DNA of 61,838 nucleotides, filler included, from Choristocarpus tenellus KU-1152 (taxonomy: Eukaryota > Protista > Phaeophyceae), in NCBI GenBank assembly GCA_964200185.2. It is 8 parts of 8 records of this genome, joined end to end, with 100 filler letters (N's around TTAATTAATTAA, not from the genome) between each part and the next. Parts side by side here need not be neighbours in the genome. Positions count along the whole stretch, not along the records: positions 56,634 to 61,838 come from CAXNAD020011513.1; 7 more parts are not named here. The stretch is one strand, 5' to 3'. The notes under the pieces were generated by a model. The model made no database searches. It was not told the origin of the DNA and saw nothing but the letters and a program-made list of their open reading frames with translations. Positions within the stretch are counted from its first letter, which is position 1. The number at the start of each line of letters is the position of its first letter. Both the position numbers and the translations under genes were made by a program. Shown piece by piece: positions 60,558-61,838 of this stretch.

Positions 60558-61335
60558 GAAGAGGCAATGCCAGTCAAGAAAAATAAAAATCAACATATGA
60601 TATGCAACTGACAACTTCTTGCGTGAAGAAGGAGAAGGGAGGGAAAACAAAGAAAGAAACAAGGAGATAAACTTGAATCGATATATGAGGAAACTGGTGT
60701 GACAGATAGTATAACTGTATGTGTGATAGGTAGCGCCTGTTCTTATGCTTCCTACGTAGTGTGGTGTCGTGAAGGTGATTGATGATGTTGTAATAATGAG
60801 GAACTAATAATGAGGTAAGTGAAAAGTTAGTATTACAATGATAGACAAATCAACATTCAGTATGGATTGAGGATACTGTATCGTATCAAAACAAATCAAA
60901 TGAGGAATCTATGTTTTAACATACCCTTCCCATGTGTATCGTGCACACTTTCACCATGTTGTGTACATTGAAAGGCCACTCTCTCGTTCCTGCTGTTGCA
61001 TTGGGACCACCGCACTTTACTGTGTATAAATGTCTGTATCATGGACACTACCTTAATAGAATTGTGTTACCGTGGATCCGGACGGGGACAATAAAATGAA
61101 GAGACTGTGCAGTGCTGAGGTACTTCATAGAGGAAGGTTGTGCTAGTGTAGCTCTTCAATAACAATATTTCTCCAGGTTGTACAGTTCTAGTAGAGAGAA
61201 CTGAAACTATGACACTTCACTGTGGTTTTGAGAATATGTGGGTGCAAGAGTCCATGCAGATTCTGACAGGAGTTAGGACGAGGAGCCCATTCATGATCAG
61301 CATCAGTGAGTGAATACGAATACTGTTGGTAATAT
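60558..61335 (-). mobile_element. Second decayed copia 3' end: RNase H remnant, PPT, LTR starting at 60921
   Basis: SIRIHSLMLIMNGLLVLTPV..THIFSKP resembles copia RNase H IDIR.HF.RE....G...L..V...ADIFTKP; GGGAAGGGTA|TGTTAAAACATAG. Confidence 0.5.
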
Positions 61336-61838
61336 TCTCGACCAGAGATGTGTCACAGGATATGTCTTCAGGCTCGGAAACTAGGAAAGACTCTCGAGCT
61401 AATGTACATGTCTCTTGGACTTGGCAAACCGGAAAGACCTTTAATGAGACTTTCAACTTGAGTGGTGCCACTGGAGGTATTTAATCAGTCCTTGTCTCCA
61501 CACTGCTGTTATTGTTATAAAAAAATACGAATAATAGTAACAAATAATACTAATATACTCGGAGTATATATTATTGTGAATCGTATGATTCTGTGGCGGG
61601 AAGGTTCACACAGGCAGAGGTGGTGAAGAGAATCACCGGGCAAGATGGGCCAGATGGTCCAAGTCGAACCGTAACCGAGAGGGTGAGGTTAAGGTTGGAC
61701 AAGTGCGAAGACTGCAGAGAACTGCAAACGATTCCAGAGCGACGAGAATCTCATGAGAGGGGGGTCTGTTACAGGCGCCCCTCAATGCTCACCTTCCAGG
61801 ATGTACAACTCAAATCCAACGACCTTAAAACGATGCTA

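Overview
Eukaryotic, intron-rich nuclear DNA; brown-alga-like stramenopile by inference (long introns, TTAGGG tracts, RTE LINE remnants like those in brown algal genomes). The window is NOT contiguous. Seven identical 100-bp spacers (N44-TTAATTAATTAA-N44) join eight contigs: 1-13021, 13122-16874, 16975-23579, 23680-45440, 45541-48244, 48345-51085, 51186-56533 and 56634-61838. Splicing exons by hand gives: (1) the 3' part of an intron-containing gene for a bacterial PTS-EIIC-like permease that ends in a KKxx ER-retrieval signal (the most unusual item); (2) a large uncharacterised RPxSA-motif gene head-to-head with an SDS22-type LRR gene; (3) two trehalose-6-phosphate synthase exons; (4) an apparently complete 9-exon DEK gene; (5) the 3' half of an Fe/Mn superoxide dismutase with an atypical NQD->GED active-site loop; (6) two CDC37 exons; (7) a possible USP fragment. 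The rest is repeats: three related MITE families with GAG/GGG termini and 4-bp TSDs (Sola2-like, one nested in another), decayed Ty1/copia elements, RTE LINE remnants, a DD39D mariner pseudogene, short Helitron-end-like hairpins, and micro/minisatellites. All homology calls are from recalled motifs; no searches were run.
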